Both the position numbers and the translations under genes were made by a program. The notes under the pieces are model-generated. The model was given only the letters and a program-made list of their open reading frames with translations. It did no database searches and was not told the origin of the DNA. Source: an uncultured Gammaproteobacteria bacterium (lineage in GTDB: Bacteria; Pseudomonadota; Gammaproteobacteria; Francisellales; CACEW01). From it: DNA of 64,000 nucleotides. This document shows positions 1 to 10,154 of this stretch, in pieces. Position 1 is the stretch's first letter; every line of letters starts with the position of its first letter. The DNA lies in NCBI GenBank assembly GCA_964539235.1, contig CAZIIK010000050.1:160-64159 (forward strand), given 5' to 3'.

Positions 1-198
1 CTGTGTTTTGTTTATTCTAGACCTTGGTTAGCAACTGGTATTGTCATTGCCATCTTTGGCCTAGGTCATGCGTATGGCTACCTACTAGGCTTAATTCGTA
101 ACAAAGACGCAGCAAAAAGCCATACTGGTATCGTACCATTCATGTCACTGGTTGTTGCCTTAACTTTAATTGCCGGCTTGTGGGTTCACCTCCACTAG
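1..198 (+). CDS. 3' end of a membrane protein gene (partial, starts before the window)
   Basis: Frame 1 is open from base 1 to TAG at 196-198. The translation (...GIVIAIFGLGHAYGYLLGL...SLVVALTLIAGLWVHLH) is hydrophobic and TM-like. A hairpin terminator follows. Confidence 0.4.
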   Translation: MCFVYSRPWLATGIVIAIFGLGHAYGYLLGLIRNKDAAKSHTGIVPFMSLVVALTLIAGLWVHLH

Positions 199-207
199 AC
201 CAATTGA

Positions 208-240
208 GAGCGGCTCGCTGATTCTGGGCCGCTCATTTTT
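208..240 (+). terminator. Hairpin plus T-run between convergent genes
   Basis: GAGCGGC (208-214) pairs with GCCGCTC (228-234), followed by ATTTTT. It overlaps the nhaA stop codon, so it could act in both directions. Confidence 0.5.
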
Positions 241-1579
241 CCGTCTTAAGCACCTTATCTCCGCGACACATGAATCGCATCAAAATATATCCTAAACAGG
301 CTGCTATTAATGAAGCCACCAAGATCCCGATTTTTGCCATCATAATTTGTTGTCCCGATGTATAAGCCAACTCAGACACAAAAATCGACATCGTAAAACC
401 AATCGCCGCAATCAAACTAAGCGGTAAAATGTGCTGCAATGATACATCATCAGACAACCGTACCCATCGCATTTTCACAACAATAAAAGATGCACCAAAA
501 ATACCGATCACCTTGCCCAAGATCAGCCCCAGAATAATGCCCAAAGTTAAAGTTTGTAACAATATTAGCCAGACTCCTGAGCCGGCCGCCAAGTGCACAC
601 CTGCATTCAGCAAGACAAATATTGGAATAATTAAATACGTCACTGGATAGTGCAACGCATGCTCTAAACGTTGCAGAGGGGTCTCTAGCACATGTAAAAC
701 CCCTTCTATAGCCTGTAAAATAGCCGCACGCGTCCCCTGCCCAACAGCCCAGCTACCTTGCGCAGTCAAAAACTGTTGTAATAATTGCTTCAAGTCCTCA
801 CCAACCGTCATGTCAGTATGGCCCAATCGAGCAGGAATCGTAAAAGCCAACAACACACCTGCAATTGTCGCATGCACGCCTGATTTAAAAATGAAAAACC
901 ACAATACCAAGCCGATCAACAGGTAGGGTGACAACTTACGCACACCCAGAACATTAAAACCAATGAGAATACATAAGCAAACTGCCGCACACCCAAGGTA
1001 TAACCAATTCAAGCCATGGCCATAGAACGCCGCAATCACAATCACTGCCCCCAAATCATCGACAATTGCAATAGCTGAAAGTAAAACAAACAGACTTCTG
1101 GGAACGAGCTTACCCAACAAAGATAAAATCCCCAGAGCGAATGCAATATCAGTTGCCATTGGAATCGCCCACCCCTTGAGCGCACCGGGGTCATGATGAT
1201 TCAACAGGGCAAAAATAATAGCAGGCACTAACATTCCACCCAGTGCCGCAACCACTGGCAACAAAGCACGCCGCCAAGAACTCAGCTCACCCACTAAAAT
1301 TTCACGCTTGATTTCTAAACCAACCAATAGAAAAAAGATCGCCATCAAACCATCGTTTACCCAATGCTTGACTGACTTATATAGCCCAAAGGAACCAACC
1401 GAGAAGCCGACTTTTGTTTGGTTAAGCGCATCGTAGAAATGTCCATAATGGCTATTGGCCCACACCAAGGCAATCAATGTACAGATAACCAACAGGACTC
1501 CACTGAAAGCTTGGCTAGAGACAAATTCTTCGAAGGCGCGCACAACGCGCATAAAAGGCAAAGTGGGTTGCTGTGACAT
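233..1579 (-). CDS. nhaA: Na+/H+ antiporter NhaA
   Basis: 448-aa polytopic ORF with NhaA-like segments (WVNDGLMAIFFLLVGLEIKRE, IAIVDDLGAVIVIA). Confidence 0.9.
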   Translation of the reverse strand: MSQQPTLPFMRVVRAFEEFVSSQAFSGVLLVICTLIALVWANSHYGHFYDALNQTKVGFSVGSFGLYKSVKHWVNDGLMAIFFLLVGLEIKREILVGELSSWRRALLPVVAALGGMLVPAIIFALLNHHDPGALKGWAIPMATDIAFALGILSLLGKLVPRSLFVLLSAIAIVDDLGAVIVIAAFYGHGLNWLYLGCAAVCLCILIGFNVLGVRKLSPYLLIGLVLWFFIFKSGVHATIAGVLLAFTIPARLGHTDMTVGEDLKQLLQQFLTAQGSWAVGQGTRAAILQAIEGVLHVLETPLQRLEHALHYPVTYLIIPIFVLLNAGVHLAAGSGVWLILLQTLTLGIILGLILGKVIGIFGASFIVVKMRWVRLSDDVSLQHILPLSLIAAIGFTMSIFVSELAYTSGQQIMMAKIGILVASLIAACLGYILMRFMCRGDKVLKTEK

Positions 1580-1582
1580 AAC

Positions 1583-3655
1583 CTAAAGCCGCAGACAAGA
1601 AATATCGGCCACCTGTATAAAAACTTGCCTGACCAATTGCAAGAGCGCCAGGCGATTACAGCGCACCTTCTCATCTTCTGCCATCACCATGACCGCCTCA
1701 AAAAATACTGCAATGGGCCCAGATAATGTCGACAATGCCGCCAATGCCGCCTCATATTGCCTAGCAGTCACCAGCTCACTGACCTGAGCTTGTAAAGCCT
1801 CAACTGCCACAAATAATTGCTGCTCGGCCGTTTCAGCTAATAATGTTGCATCAACAATCAACGCATTGGTTTGGGCTGCTTTCGACAGCAGTTTCACCAC
1901 ACGTTTGTTTGCTGAAATTAATGATTCTGCCGATTCCGCTTGCTTAAACAACATCAATGCCTGCATACGTTTAAACAGGTCAGCAGGATTGCAAATTGGC
2001 AGCATTTCAACGGCATCGAACACATCATGCGCAAGACTTTGATCCAAAGCCAACCCTTTCAAACGCTCCAAACAAAAGTCATACACATGCTCTGCAGTTT
2101 CGGCCTCTGTCAACACACCGGCATATTGCTCAACGGCAAACTGTAATAGCGCCGCCAAATCCAGGGGCCACTCTGTTTCTAACAGCACCCGCAACACGCC
2201 AATGCTAGCCCGACGCAAGGCAAATGGATCTTTGCTGCCGGTTGGTGGCTGGCCAATGCCAAAAATACCCACCAATGTATCAATCTTATCGGCTACCGAA
2301 ACCACACACCCTAATTGTGTAGCCGGAATCTCATCGGCCGCAAAACGTGGCATGTAATGCTCTCGCAACGCCACTGCAACTGCCTCGGGTTCACCATCAT
2401 GCCGTGCGTAATATTGACCCATCACTCCCTGCAAATCTGGAAATTCACCGACCATATCAGTCAACAAATCAGCCTTACACAATCCAGCTGCCTGCTTCGC
2501 AAGCTTGGTATCAGCTCCAATCTGCTCTGCAATCCAAACGGACAACTTAGCGATACGCTCACTTTTATCCGCCAGCGAACCCAGCTGATGCTGAAAAGTT
2601 ACATTGGTCAAATTGGGCACACGATCTGTCAAACGCTGCTGACAATCTGTGCGATAGAAAAACATGGCATCTGCCAAACGCGCACGCATAACTTTTTCAT
2701 TGCCCCGCACCACTGATGCTGGATTGGTCGATTCGATATTACTCACCGTAATAAACCGCGGCAGCATCTGACCAGTTCCATCTAAAACTGCAAAACATTT
2801 CTGGTGCCTTTGCATCGCCATCATCAAAGCTTCTTGCGGGACCTGCAAAAATTCTGGATCAAATTGACACCATAACGCACACGGCCATTCCACAATATTT
2901 GCAACCTCAGCTAACAGCTCGGGTTCAATCACAGCATGACCCCCTATATCAGTTGCAATTTTGTGAGTTTGCATTTCAATCGTACGACACCGCTCATCAG
3001 CATCAGGCATTACATAGCCTTTATCTTGCAACAAGGTCGCATAATCATCTGCATGCGCCAAGACTAATGCTGCCGGATGGTGATAGCGATGACCGTACGT
3101 AACGTTAGATGCTTGACACCCATAGGCCTCGAAAGGTACGACTTCATTGCCATACAAGAGCACCAACCAATGCACAGGGCGAATAAATGGCGTATTGGCA
3201 TCACCCCAACGCATCATTTTTGGTACCGGTAAACGTTGCAAAGCAGATGCAATAATATTTGGCAACAATTCAACCAATGGCTTTCCAGGCTGAGTCGCTT
3301 TGAACCATAACCACTCACCCTTATCTGTTTTTAAAGTTTCCACCTGGTGCTGTTCGATACCGCAGGCACGCATAAAACCTTGCATGGCCTGAGTGGGTTT
3401 ACCATCTTCATCATAGGCAACCTGTACAGCAGGACCACGGCGCTCGATAGTCTGCTCTGGCTGCGCCTCTGCCACATCTGACAAATGCACTGCTAAGCGT
3501 CGCGGTGCACAGTAAACTTTCACGGCAGAAAAGGTGATGTGTTGTGCTGACAACCCTTCCGTAATTGCTACTGATAAGGCATCTGCCAGTCGAACCAAAG
3601 CCTTCGGCGGCAACTCTTCTGTGCCAATCTCAAACAATAAAGATTCATGACGCAT
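1583..3655 (-). CDS. glyS: Glycine--tRNA ligase beta subunit
   Basis: The N-terminus LFEIGTEELPPKAL is typical of GlyS. I prefer the ATG at 3655, 1 nt after the glyQ TGA; the track ORF extends to 3676. Confidence 0.95.
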   Translation of the reverse strand: MRHESLLFEIGTEELPPKALVRLADALSVAITEGLSAQHITFSAVKVYCAPRRLAVHLSDVAEAQPEQTIERRGPAVQVAYDEDGKPTQAMQGFMRACGIEQHQVETLKTDKGEWLWFKATQPGKPLVELLPNIIASALQRLPVPKMMRWGDANTPFIRPVHWLVLLYGNEVVPFEAYGCQASNVTYGHRYHHPAALVLAHADDYATLLQDKGYVMPDADERCRTIEMQTHKIATDIGGHAVIEPELLAEVANIVEWPCALWCQFDPEFLQVPQEALMMAMQRHQKCFAVLDGTGQMLPRFITVSNIESTNPASVVRGNEKVMRARLADAMFFYRTDCQQRLTDRVPNLTNVTFQHQLGSLADKSERIAKLSVWIAEQIGADTKLAKQAAGLCKADLLTDMVGEFPDLQGVMGQYYARHDGEPEAVAVALREHYMPRFAADEIPATQLGCVVSVADKIDTLVGIFGIGQPPTGSKDPFALRRASIGVLRVLLETEWPLDLAALLQFAVEQYAGVLTEAETAEHVYDFCLERLKGLALDQSLAHDVFDAVEMLPICNPADLFKRMQALMLFKQAESAESLISANKRVVKLLSKAAQTNALIVDATLLAETAEQQLFVAVEALQAQVSELVTARQYEAALAALSTLSGPIAVFFEAVMVMAEDEKVRCNRLALLQLVRQVFIQVADISCLRL

Positions 3656-3656
3656 A

Positions 3657-4562
3657 TCATTGCCCTCCTTGTGCAAGACAACCTGGAAAACCTAATGCCT
3701 CACGCGATATGTAATAAGCTTCAGCCACGCCGCGCGATAAAGTACGTACCCGCAAAATGTAACGTTGACGCTCTGTGACCGAAATCGCATGACGCGCATC
3801 TAATAGATTAAATGTGTGGGAAGCTTTTAATAACATTTCATGCGCAGGCAAAGGCAATGCCGCATCCAGTAAACGTTGGCTTTCACTTTCATAATGATCA
3901 AACTGCTGGAATAACGCATCAACCGGCGCTTCTTGGAAATTATAAGTCGACATCTCGACTTCATTTTGATGAAACACATCGCCATAAGTCACAGCACCTG
4001 CAGGTGTTTGTGACCAAACCAGATCAAACATGGAATCTACATCTTGCAGATACATTGCTAAACGCTCCAATCCATAGGTAATCTCACCGGTAACCGGCCG
4101 ACAGTCCAAACCACCTACCTGTTGGAAATAAGTAAACTGCGACACCTCCATGCCATTTTTCCAAACTTCCCAACCTAAACCCCAAGCACCTAAAGTAGGT
4201 GATTCCCAGTTGTCTTCAACAAACCGAATATCATGCTCCAGAAGATCAATTCCTAAAGCACGCAACGAGTCCAAATACAGTTGCTGAATATTGTCTGGCG
4301 AAGGCTTCAAGACGACTTGGAATTGATAATAATGCTGGGTGCGATTGGGGTTTTCACCATAACGACCATCCGTAGGACGACGAGAAGGCTGCACATAAGC
4401 CGCGTGCCAAGGTTCAGGACCAATAGCTCGCAGAAAAGTGGCAGGGTGGAAGGTACCCGCACCCATTTCCATATCATAAGGTTGCACAATAATGCAGCCT
4501 TGATCAGCCCAATACTGCTGTAACGTCAAAATAATTTGTTGAAAAGTCAAACGATTTGCCAT
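3657..4562 (-). CDS. glyQ: Glycine--tRNA ligase alpha subunit
   Basis: [18 protein letters not shown]... aligns with the GlyQ N-terminus. I prefer the ATG at 4562 over the track start at 4589. Confidence 0.95.
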   Translation of the reverse strand: MANRLTFQQIILTLQQYWADQGCIIVQPYDMEMGAGTFHPATFLRAIGPEPWHAAYVQPSRRPTDGRYGENPNRTQHYYQFQVVLKPSPDNIQQLYLDSLRALGIDLLEHDIRFVEDNWESPTLGAWGLGWEVWKNGMEVSQFTYFQQVGGLDCRPVTGEITYGLERLAMYLQDVDSMFDLVWSQTPAGAVTYGDVFHQNEVEMSTYNFQEAPVDALFQQFDHYESESQRLLDAALPLPAHEMLLKASHTFNLLDARHAISVTERQRYILRVRTLSRGVAEAYYISREALGFPGCLAQGGQ

Positions 4563-4676
4563 GGCAAAAGCACTGCGCCCTCTATTCATTAAGGCCGGGG
4601 AGTATAACGCAAAATGACCAGGCCGGAAATTACGCCGACCGGCTAATTTTATCTATGATACCTCTGCACAATTCGA

Positions 4677-5159
4677 TTATTGGCGGCGTTTAGAAACCAG
4701 ACGCTCATCAAGCTCAAACGATAAAGGTACTGCTGTTGCTAATATAGCCTGACTACGTGGATGGACTGGATTAAGCACATAATTCCATTCTCTAGGCACA
4801 ATAACACTGGGAACTGCCAATACAGGACTTTCTTGAGCATGCAACCAATCATCCCCCAACGAAGCTGTCTCTGGTGGTGCTTCTGGTTCTCGCCAAGTGG
4901 TTGGTAAATGATTACGCTTCAAATAGATAATATCTTCTTGAGGTAAGGTTAGACGCAGCAGCCGATAATGCTGTAGCAACGGGTAGTGATCCAGATGAAC
5001 TAAAATTTCTAAAAGCGCCAAAGATTCTGAACCAGCAATATATAGGCAAGCTTTACCTTTACTATTCCAACGACCACCATAACGTTTGGCACCATCACCA
5101 CTGAGCGCTGTGTCCAGCCATTTTGCTTTGACCAAACGATAAGCACTGAGCGCTTTCAA
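4677..5159 (-). CDS. RES-domain toxin (NAD+-targeting toxin family)
   Basis: 160 aa with a RES-like pattern (RYGGRWNS, GSESLALLEILVH). Its start overlaps the upstream antitoxin stop by 4 nt. Confidence 0.85.
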   Translation of the reverse strand: MKALSAYRLVKAKWLDTALSGDGAKRYGGRWNSKGKACLYIAGSESLALLEILVHLDHYPLLQHYRLLRLTLPQEDIIYLKRNHLPTTWREPEAPPETASLGDDWLHAQESPVLAVPSVIVPREWNYVLNPVHPRSQAILATAVPLSFELDERLVSKRRQ

Positions 5160-5590
5160 GAGAAAACCCCATGCTCCAAACGTCCTACCAGATCTAATAC
5201 TGCTTCCATTTCAGCTGAAGTAGCCAGCATATCAATAGGACGACGATGACCTAATCCCTGTACCGGCTTGTTTAACCAAGCCCGAGTGGCAAGCTTGTCA
5301 CCTTCAAACAGCTCCTCAGCTGCTTTATATAGCCGAGCATAGCGATATAATTTATCACTTTCTTGCGCGGTAAATCGTTTACCTTTACGACGCTGCAAAG
5401 ACGCAGGTGAAATCGTAATGACTTCCGCAAATTTTTTTTTATCGAGCCCAGACAAGTCGGCCAATGTATTAAACACCGTATATGGGAGTCCCTCGTGCAG
5501 TAATTGATAAAGCTCTGGGCCACGCGATGGCATACCAACAGTTTCCCAGAAACTGCGACGCCTTGCCATATTTTGCTGCAATGTACGCAT
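5156..5590 (-). CDS. Xre/DUF2384-type antitoxin partner of the RES toxin
   Basis: 144 aa. The C-terminal part (RRPIDMLATSAEMEAVLDLVGRLEHGVF) resembles the DUF2384 antitoxin domain. It sits immediately upstream of the RES gene and overlaps it. Confidence 0.8.
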   Translation of the reverse strand: MRTLQQNMARRRSFWETVGMPSRGPELYQLLHEGLPYTVFNTLADLSGLDKKKFAEVITISPASLQRRKGKRFTAQESDKLYRYARLYKAAEELFEGDKLATRAWLNKPVQGLGHRRPIDMLATSAEMEAVLDLVGRLEHGVFS

Positions 5591-5616
5591 TTGAATTCCT
5601 CAATTGATACATCTTG

Positions 5617-5625
5617 ATTATATCA
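5617..5625 (-). promoter_or_regulatory. Extended -10 (TGATATAAT) for the TA operon
   Basis: The minus strand reads TGATATAAT about 27 nt upstream of the antitoxin ATG. It lies inside a TGATA...TATCA inverted repeat, and GAGGAA is a plausible RBS. Confidence 0.35.
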
Positions 5626-5630
5626 GGTGA

Positions 5631-5978
5631 TCAGCTTATTTCAACTTCATCCAACAAACACGCCTCAGGATACAGCAGCCGACCCTCTGCAAAATGCACC
5701 CCTTCTGTAGCCAATAGCTGAAGCTTTTTCTCTAGCGTAGCGCCTACTTGCTCACCCTGGAAACCACCCAAGGTTAAATCAGATGCAATCACACGATGAC
5801 AAGGTACTTCCGGTGCAAAAGGATTACGCCGCAGTGCTTGGCCAACTGCCTGCGCAGAGCGACAATCAATCGCTCGTGCCAAACAGGCATAAGTAGTCAC
5901 TTTACCGCGCGGCACCTGCATTAAAGCCTGATAAACGCGTTGTTGGAAAGCACTTACAGTAGCAAATTTATCATACAT
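5631..5978 (-). CDS. MGMT-family methylated-DNA--protein-cysteine methyltransferase (single domain)
   Basis: 115 aa with the active-site motif VPCHRVI and a helix-turn-wing region (TTYACLARAI). Confidence 0.8.
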   Translation of the reverse strand: MYDKFATVSAFQQRVYQALMQVPRGKVTTYACLARAIDCRSAQAVGQALRRNPFAPEVPCHRVIASDLTLGGFQGEQVGATLEKKLQLLATEGVHFAEGRLLYPEACLLDEVEIS

Positions 5979-6054
5979 TACATTACCTCCAGCCGTGGCA
6001 TATGACTGTACCGTTTGAGCACCTGACTCAAGCGTATGGGCGCACTCAATTCTG

Positions 6055-6468
6055 TCATGACAAATGTTCTGCAGCGTAACGTTTAATCGCTTTCAGCATC
6101 TCATACAACCCATTACGACGCGTTGGACTTAAATGCGCCTCAAAACCAATTTCGCCGAGAAAATCTGGTGACAAAGCCGCAATGTCTTGAGCTGACTGAC
6201 CACTGTATACCGCAAATAAAACCGCCATCAGACCTGACACGATCGCGGAATCACTGACACCAGAGAAATGCAAACAACCATCGCGGAACGAACAATCCAT
6301 CCACACCTGAGATTGGCAACCACGAATCAGGTATTGCTCGATCTGCTTCTCAACTGGAAAACTCAAAGTTTTACCCATACTAATCAGCATTTGATAACGC
6401 TCAGTCCAATCATCAAAAAAGCCAAATCGCTCAATAATTTCTGCCTGGGCCGCCTGGATGGAAGTCAT
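6055..6468 (-). CDS. sufE: SufE/CsdE-family sulfur acceptor protein
   Basis: 137 aa with IRGCQSQVWMD around the conserved Cys and a SufE-like C-terminus (LSPTRRNGLYEMLKAIK). Confidence 0.8.
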   Translation of the reverse strand: MTSIQAAQAEIIERFGFFDDWTERYQMLISMGKTLSFPVEKQIEQYLIRGCQSQVWMDCSFRDGCLHFSGVSDSAIVSGLMAVLFAVYSGQSAQDIAALSPDFLGEIGFEAHLSPTRRNGLYEMLKAIKRYAAEHLS

Positions 6469-6582
6469 GGGAGATGCTCATAAAATACAACGGCCTGAAT
6501 ATACCGAGGTTAGACAGTGTCGTCACGAGTTTTTTCGGTGTGGAAATGCGACAACTTAAAACTTGTCTTCAAACTATGAGAG

Positions 6583-6738
6583 TCTGTCGTCAAATTGCTT
6601 ACCTGTAGCGAAAAAGGTGGAAGTTTAGAACAAATGAATTCAAATTTGCGTCGAATAGCAGGGACTATTGGGCAATAATTTGAATTCATTTGGGCAAATT
6701 CAACATCTTTTGCAGCCAGGAGAGTAATTTGACGACAG
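6583..6738. repeat. Long nested imperfect palindrome (MITE-like or structured RNA)
   Basis: Outer arms TCTGTCGTCAAATT (6583-6596) and AATTTGACGACAGA (6725-6738). Inner arms AAATGAATTCAAATT (6632-6646) and AATTTGAATTCATTT (6677-6691). Apical arms AATAG (6654-6658) and CTATT (6665-6669). Confidence 0.6.
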
Positions 6739-6747
6739 ATTCTAATC

Positions 6748-7653
6748 TCAAGCGAAAAAATTTTCACCGGTCAGGCGTTCAAAAATATCGATATAGCGTG
6801 CACTGAGTGTTAACACCAGTTCTTCAGGTGCTGCTGGCAAAACTTCATCTTGGTAAGGATCACAGTGCTCGCGATACCACAAACGCAGCATTTCCTTATC
6901 AAAATTATCGGGTTCTTGGCCGTTGGCCATCAGTTCAGCATACGTCTCGGCCAACCAATACCGACTCGAATCTTGAGTATGACACTCATCAACCAGAATA
7001 ATGTCGCCATGTTCATCAACACCAAATTCATACTTAGTATCAACCAAAGTCAATCCGGCTTGCTGTGCCTTTTGTTGACCAAACGCGAATAGCGCCAAGG
7101 CTTTCTCTGCGATAAAGGTCCACTGGTCTGGCGTAATACCGCCCAGTGCTGCCAAACGCTCAGTTGTTAAGGGCTCATCATGATCTTCTGCTTTGGTAGA
7201 CGGCGTTAAAATTGCCTGCGGCAATGCTGTATTTTTCTGCAACCCATCAGGCAATGTCGTTTCAAAGAACCGACGTTCCCCTTGTTGGTACAACTGCCAA
7301 ATCGATGTGCTGGTGGTCCCGGTCATATAGCCGCGCACCACGACTTCTATGGGAAAAACTCGGCATTTTTTAACCCGCGTTTGATTCGGTGCCGGCACGG
7401 CCAATAAATGATTCGGGATGATATGCCGTGTCTGCTCAAACCACCACACACTGGTACGATTCAGCGCCTCACCTTTGAAAGGAATCTGGGCAATATTACG
7501 GTCGAAAGCACTCAAACGATCTGTGGTGACCAGCAACAGACTGTCGCCGCAATCATAACGATCGCGCACTTTTCCTCGATACTTCGGGTAAGGCAAATCA
7601 GTTTCAACAATGCAATGAGTTAGCGCTTCGCGAATCCGCGGCAAAATAGTCAT
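6748..7653 (-). CDS. purC: Phosphoribosylaminoimidazole-succinocarboxamide synthase (long form)
   Basis: 301 aa. Contains YRGKVRD, LLLVTTDRLSAFD and TKYEFG, which are SAICAR synthase-like motifs. Confidence 0.9.
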   Translation of the reverse strand: MTILPRIREALTHCIVETDLPYPKYRGKVRDRYDCGDSLLLVTTDRLSAFDRNIAQIPFKGEALNRTSVWWFEQTRHIIPNHLLAVPAPNQTRVKKCRVFPIEVVVRGYMTGTTSTSIWQLYQQGERRFFETTLPDGLQKNTALPQAILTPSTKAEDHDEPLTTERLAALGGITPDQWTFIAEKALALFAFGQQKAQQAGLTLVDTKYEFGVDEHGDIILVDECHTQDSSRYWLAETYAELMANGQEPDNFDKEMLRLWYREHCDPYQDEVLPAAPEELVLTLSARYIDIFERLTGENFFA

Positions 7654-7671
7654 AACACCTTTCCCCCAAAA

Positions 7672-8931
7672 TCAACCAGCAAAATGATAGCAGTCGGCAA
7701 CAATCGGGTTATACAGCACAGTTTCTGCCTGCAGCATCTGCGCGAATGCAGCCTGATCCACTGTATCAGGAATATCAAAGCCCCACACAATACCATGCTG
7801 CAAGTGCGTGATCTGCGTTAAGCCACACTGACGATGTAAGTTATGCAGTTTATGTTGCGCCAAGACATCTTCATGCAGACGCACCAAATACGTTAAGTCG
7901 TGCTGCAGCCCAGCCGGTTCGACTAAGAATTCTTTGCTGGAATTCCATAATTCATAACTGTCTGCCAATGCTGTTTGCAAATCCGCTGTCGACATGTCGC
8001 TACTCATTTTCCAATGCACATAACGTTTCACACCAATCGGCCAACCCATCTGGTGCAAAGCATTTTGCACAGAAACCGCCACATTATCGTGAATCACCAT
8101 AGCAACCAACAATTCGGTTTCTGATGCCTGACGGGCCCGCGGCTGAATCTGTGGTAGCGCTGCGTCATCCGTCAATGTCGTGTAATCCACCGGCTGACCC
8201 GATTCGATATAACGACGCATTGAGGTAAACACCGCGTCACCAGCTGGCGTACGTTCAGGGTGTGGCATCATCGCCAACACGTTACCCGCTGCGTTCGATA
8301 CCGCAGCCAAATTCTCAACGGCACCATTTGGATTCACTGGAAAATGCGCATCTACACGACCCGCTGCATCACAATATTGCCACAGATCAGCACCCGCTTG
8401 TTTGAGTTGCGACAACACATCTGACGTCAACACAAAACGGCCTTCGGCATGCGCCAATGGAATCTGCAGGGGTGCAGCATCACCTTGATTAAAAACGCCC
8501 GTTCCAGACTGCTTAGGTTTAATATGGCACCACGCATTGTAAAACCCAGTCCCCAATACTTGGTCATTCTGCATGCGTTTATTCTCGGTTAATGCCGCGG
8601 CAACGCGATAGGTGCCATCCGCTGCACGCACACCCGGCACTAAGCCACTTTCCACCAAAATCTGCGCACCGTTACAAATCCCTAAAACCGGCTTGCCTTT
8701 TTCTGCCTCAATAGCCAAACGTTTTAACACTGGATCTTTGGCAGCGATTAATCCGGAACGTCCACGGTCTTCATAGGAAAATCCACCCACGAGGATATAA
8801 CCCGCAAAACCATCTAAAGCGCGCGCATCGTTCCACAAATAGGGTTGCGGTCGCATGCCAGCCCGCTGCACCGCTAACGCCGTCTCACGTTCACAGTTCG
8901 AACCTGGAAACTGAATGATTGCAATATCCAT
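7672..8931 (-). CDS. purQ: FGAM synthase glutaminase subunit PurQ fused to two PurS-like repeats
   Basis: The N-terminal ~230 aa is PurQ-like (IIQFPGSNCE, GICNGAQIL, MPHPER). The C-terminal ~150 aa holds two segments resembling PurS (SVQNALHQMGW...VKRYVHWKM; LAQHKLHNLHRQCGL...VLYNPIVADCY). Confidence 0.85.
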   Translation of the reverse strand: MDIAIIQFPGSNCERETALAVQRAGMRPQPYLWNDARALDGFAGYILVGGFSYEDRGRSGLIAAKDPVLKRLAIEAEKGKPVLGICNGAQILVESGLVPGVRAADGTYRVAAALTENKRMQNDQVLGTGFYNAWCHIKPKQSGTGVFNQGDAAPLQIPLAHAEGRFVLTSDVLSQLKQAGADLWQYCDAAGRVDAHFPVNPNGAVENLAAVSNAAGNVLAMMPHPERTPAGDAVFTSMRRYIESGQPVDYTTLTDDAALPQIQPRARQASETELLVAMVIHDNVAVSVQNALHQMGWPIGVKRYVHWKMSSDMSTADLQTALADSYELWNSSKEFLVEPAGLQHDLTYLVRLHEDVLAQHKLHNLHRQCGLTQITHLQHGIVWGFDIPDTVDQAAFAQMLQAETVLYNPIVADCYHFAG

Positions 8932-8943
8932 ATATCAAGACCT

Positions 8944-9990
8944 TTATAATAGATTGACGACCGATTGCGCTGCAGGCACCACTTCACCTATCCGGTAATA
9001 CGGCATCTCCGCCTGTTCTGCCAACACGGACTCCAACGCGGAAACTTGCTCAGGCGCAACGACGATCACCCAGCCAATCCCCATATTAAATGCGCGATAA
9101 GCTTCGTCGATGGGCAACTGGCCCAATTCGCATAAGCGTGCGAATAATGGTGGCGCTGACCAACTGTCTAACGCAATATTCACACCACAGCCTGACGGCA
9201 ATACCCGTGGAATATTTTCCAACACACCACCGCCGGTAATATGCGCCATGCCTGCAACCTGAACACCTGCATCCAACACAGCGTGTACAATGCTGCTGTA
9301 ATTGATATGCGGTGCTAGCAAAGCCTCTGCAACGGTTTGACCTACGGTGTCTAATTCAGCGTCGATGGCGTAACCACCGACTTCAAATAACAGTTTGCGC
9401 GCCAATGAAAACCCATTCGTATGCAAACCACTGGATGCCAAACCATACACCACATGACCTGGTGCAATGGTTCGACCATCAATAATAGCATCGAGTTCGA
9501 CTACACCGGTCACCACGCCGACCAAGTCATGCTCACCAGGTAAATACGTATCGGGCATTTCCGCGGTTTCACCGCCGACCAAAGACACACCATTCACACG
9601 ACAAGCTTCCGCCATGCTTTTCACAATGGTTTCAACCGTATCTGGGTTCAATTTATCATTAGCGACATAGTCCAACATCGTTAAGGTTTTGGCGCCTAAT
9701 ACCAAAATATCATTGGCACAAGCGCTCAATAAATCATGACCCAAATGGGCAAACTGACCTGCCATGCGCGCAACAATGGTCTTAGTCCCAACACCATCGA
9801 TGCTCTGCACCATGACCGGATGATTGTAGCCAGACAATGCCGACTTCAAATCGAACATAGCGCCGAAACCACCGATCCCACCGATCACGTGAGGTGAAAA
9901 CGTGGCTTGCACCGCCGACTTAATCCGACGAACCACCTCGTTCCCAGCTTCAATATCAACACCGGCATCGGCATATGTGACTTGTGACAT
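8944..9990 (-). CDS. purM: Phosphoribosylformylglycinamidine cyclo-ligase (AIR synthase)
   Basis: 348 aa with YADAGVDIEAGN, DGVGTK and GLHTNGFSL motifs. Confidence 0.95.
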   Translation of the reverse strand: MSQVTYADAGVDIEAGNEVVRRIKSAVQATFSPHVIGGIGGFGAMFDLKSALSGYNHPVMVQSIDGVGTKTIVARMAGQFAHLGHDLLSACANDILVLGAKTLTMLDYVANDKLNPDTVETIVKSMAEACRVNGVSLVGGETAEMPDTYLPGEHDLVGVVTGVVELDAIIDGRTIAPGHVVYGLASSGLHTNGFSLARKLLFEVGGYAIDAELDTVGQTVAEALLAPHINYSSIVHAVLDAGVQVAGMAHITGGGVLENIPRVLPSGCGVNIALDSWSAPPLFARLCELGQLPIDEAYRAFNMGIGWVIVVAPEQVSALESVLAEQAEMPYYRIGEVVPAAQSVVNLL

Positions 9991-10154
9991 AGTTTTTTAT
10001 CCTAGTTTATATAGCGTGATAGGGCGCACTTCGCTAAAAGATACAAATGACTGAGTCTGTGGAAGTCGATGCCTATAAAAGGTCGCACCAAAACGGATTC
10101 AATCAGCAGTTCAAATACCTCGGCTCATTTACCCCATACGTTTCTTCATGCTTT

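Noticed and set aside
2315-2716. 133-aa + strand ORF inside glyS
   Set aside because: It is an antisense shadow ORF within glyS.
6510-6767. 85-aa minus-strand ORF between purC and sufE
   Set aside because: It lies wholly within the nested palindrome and overlaps the purC stop. Its sequence is dictated by the inverted repeats, and it has no family resemblance.
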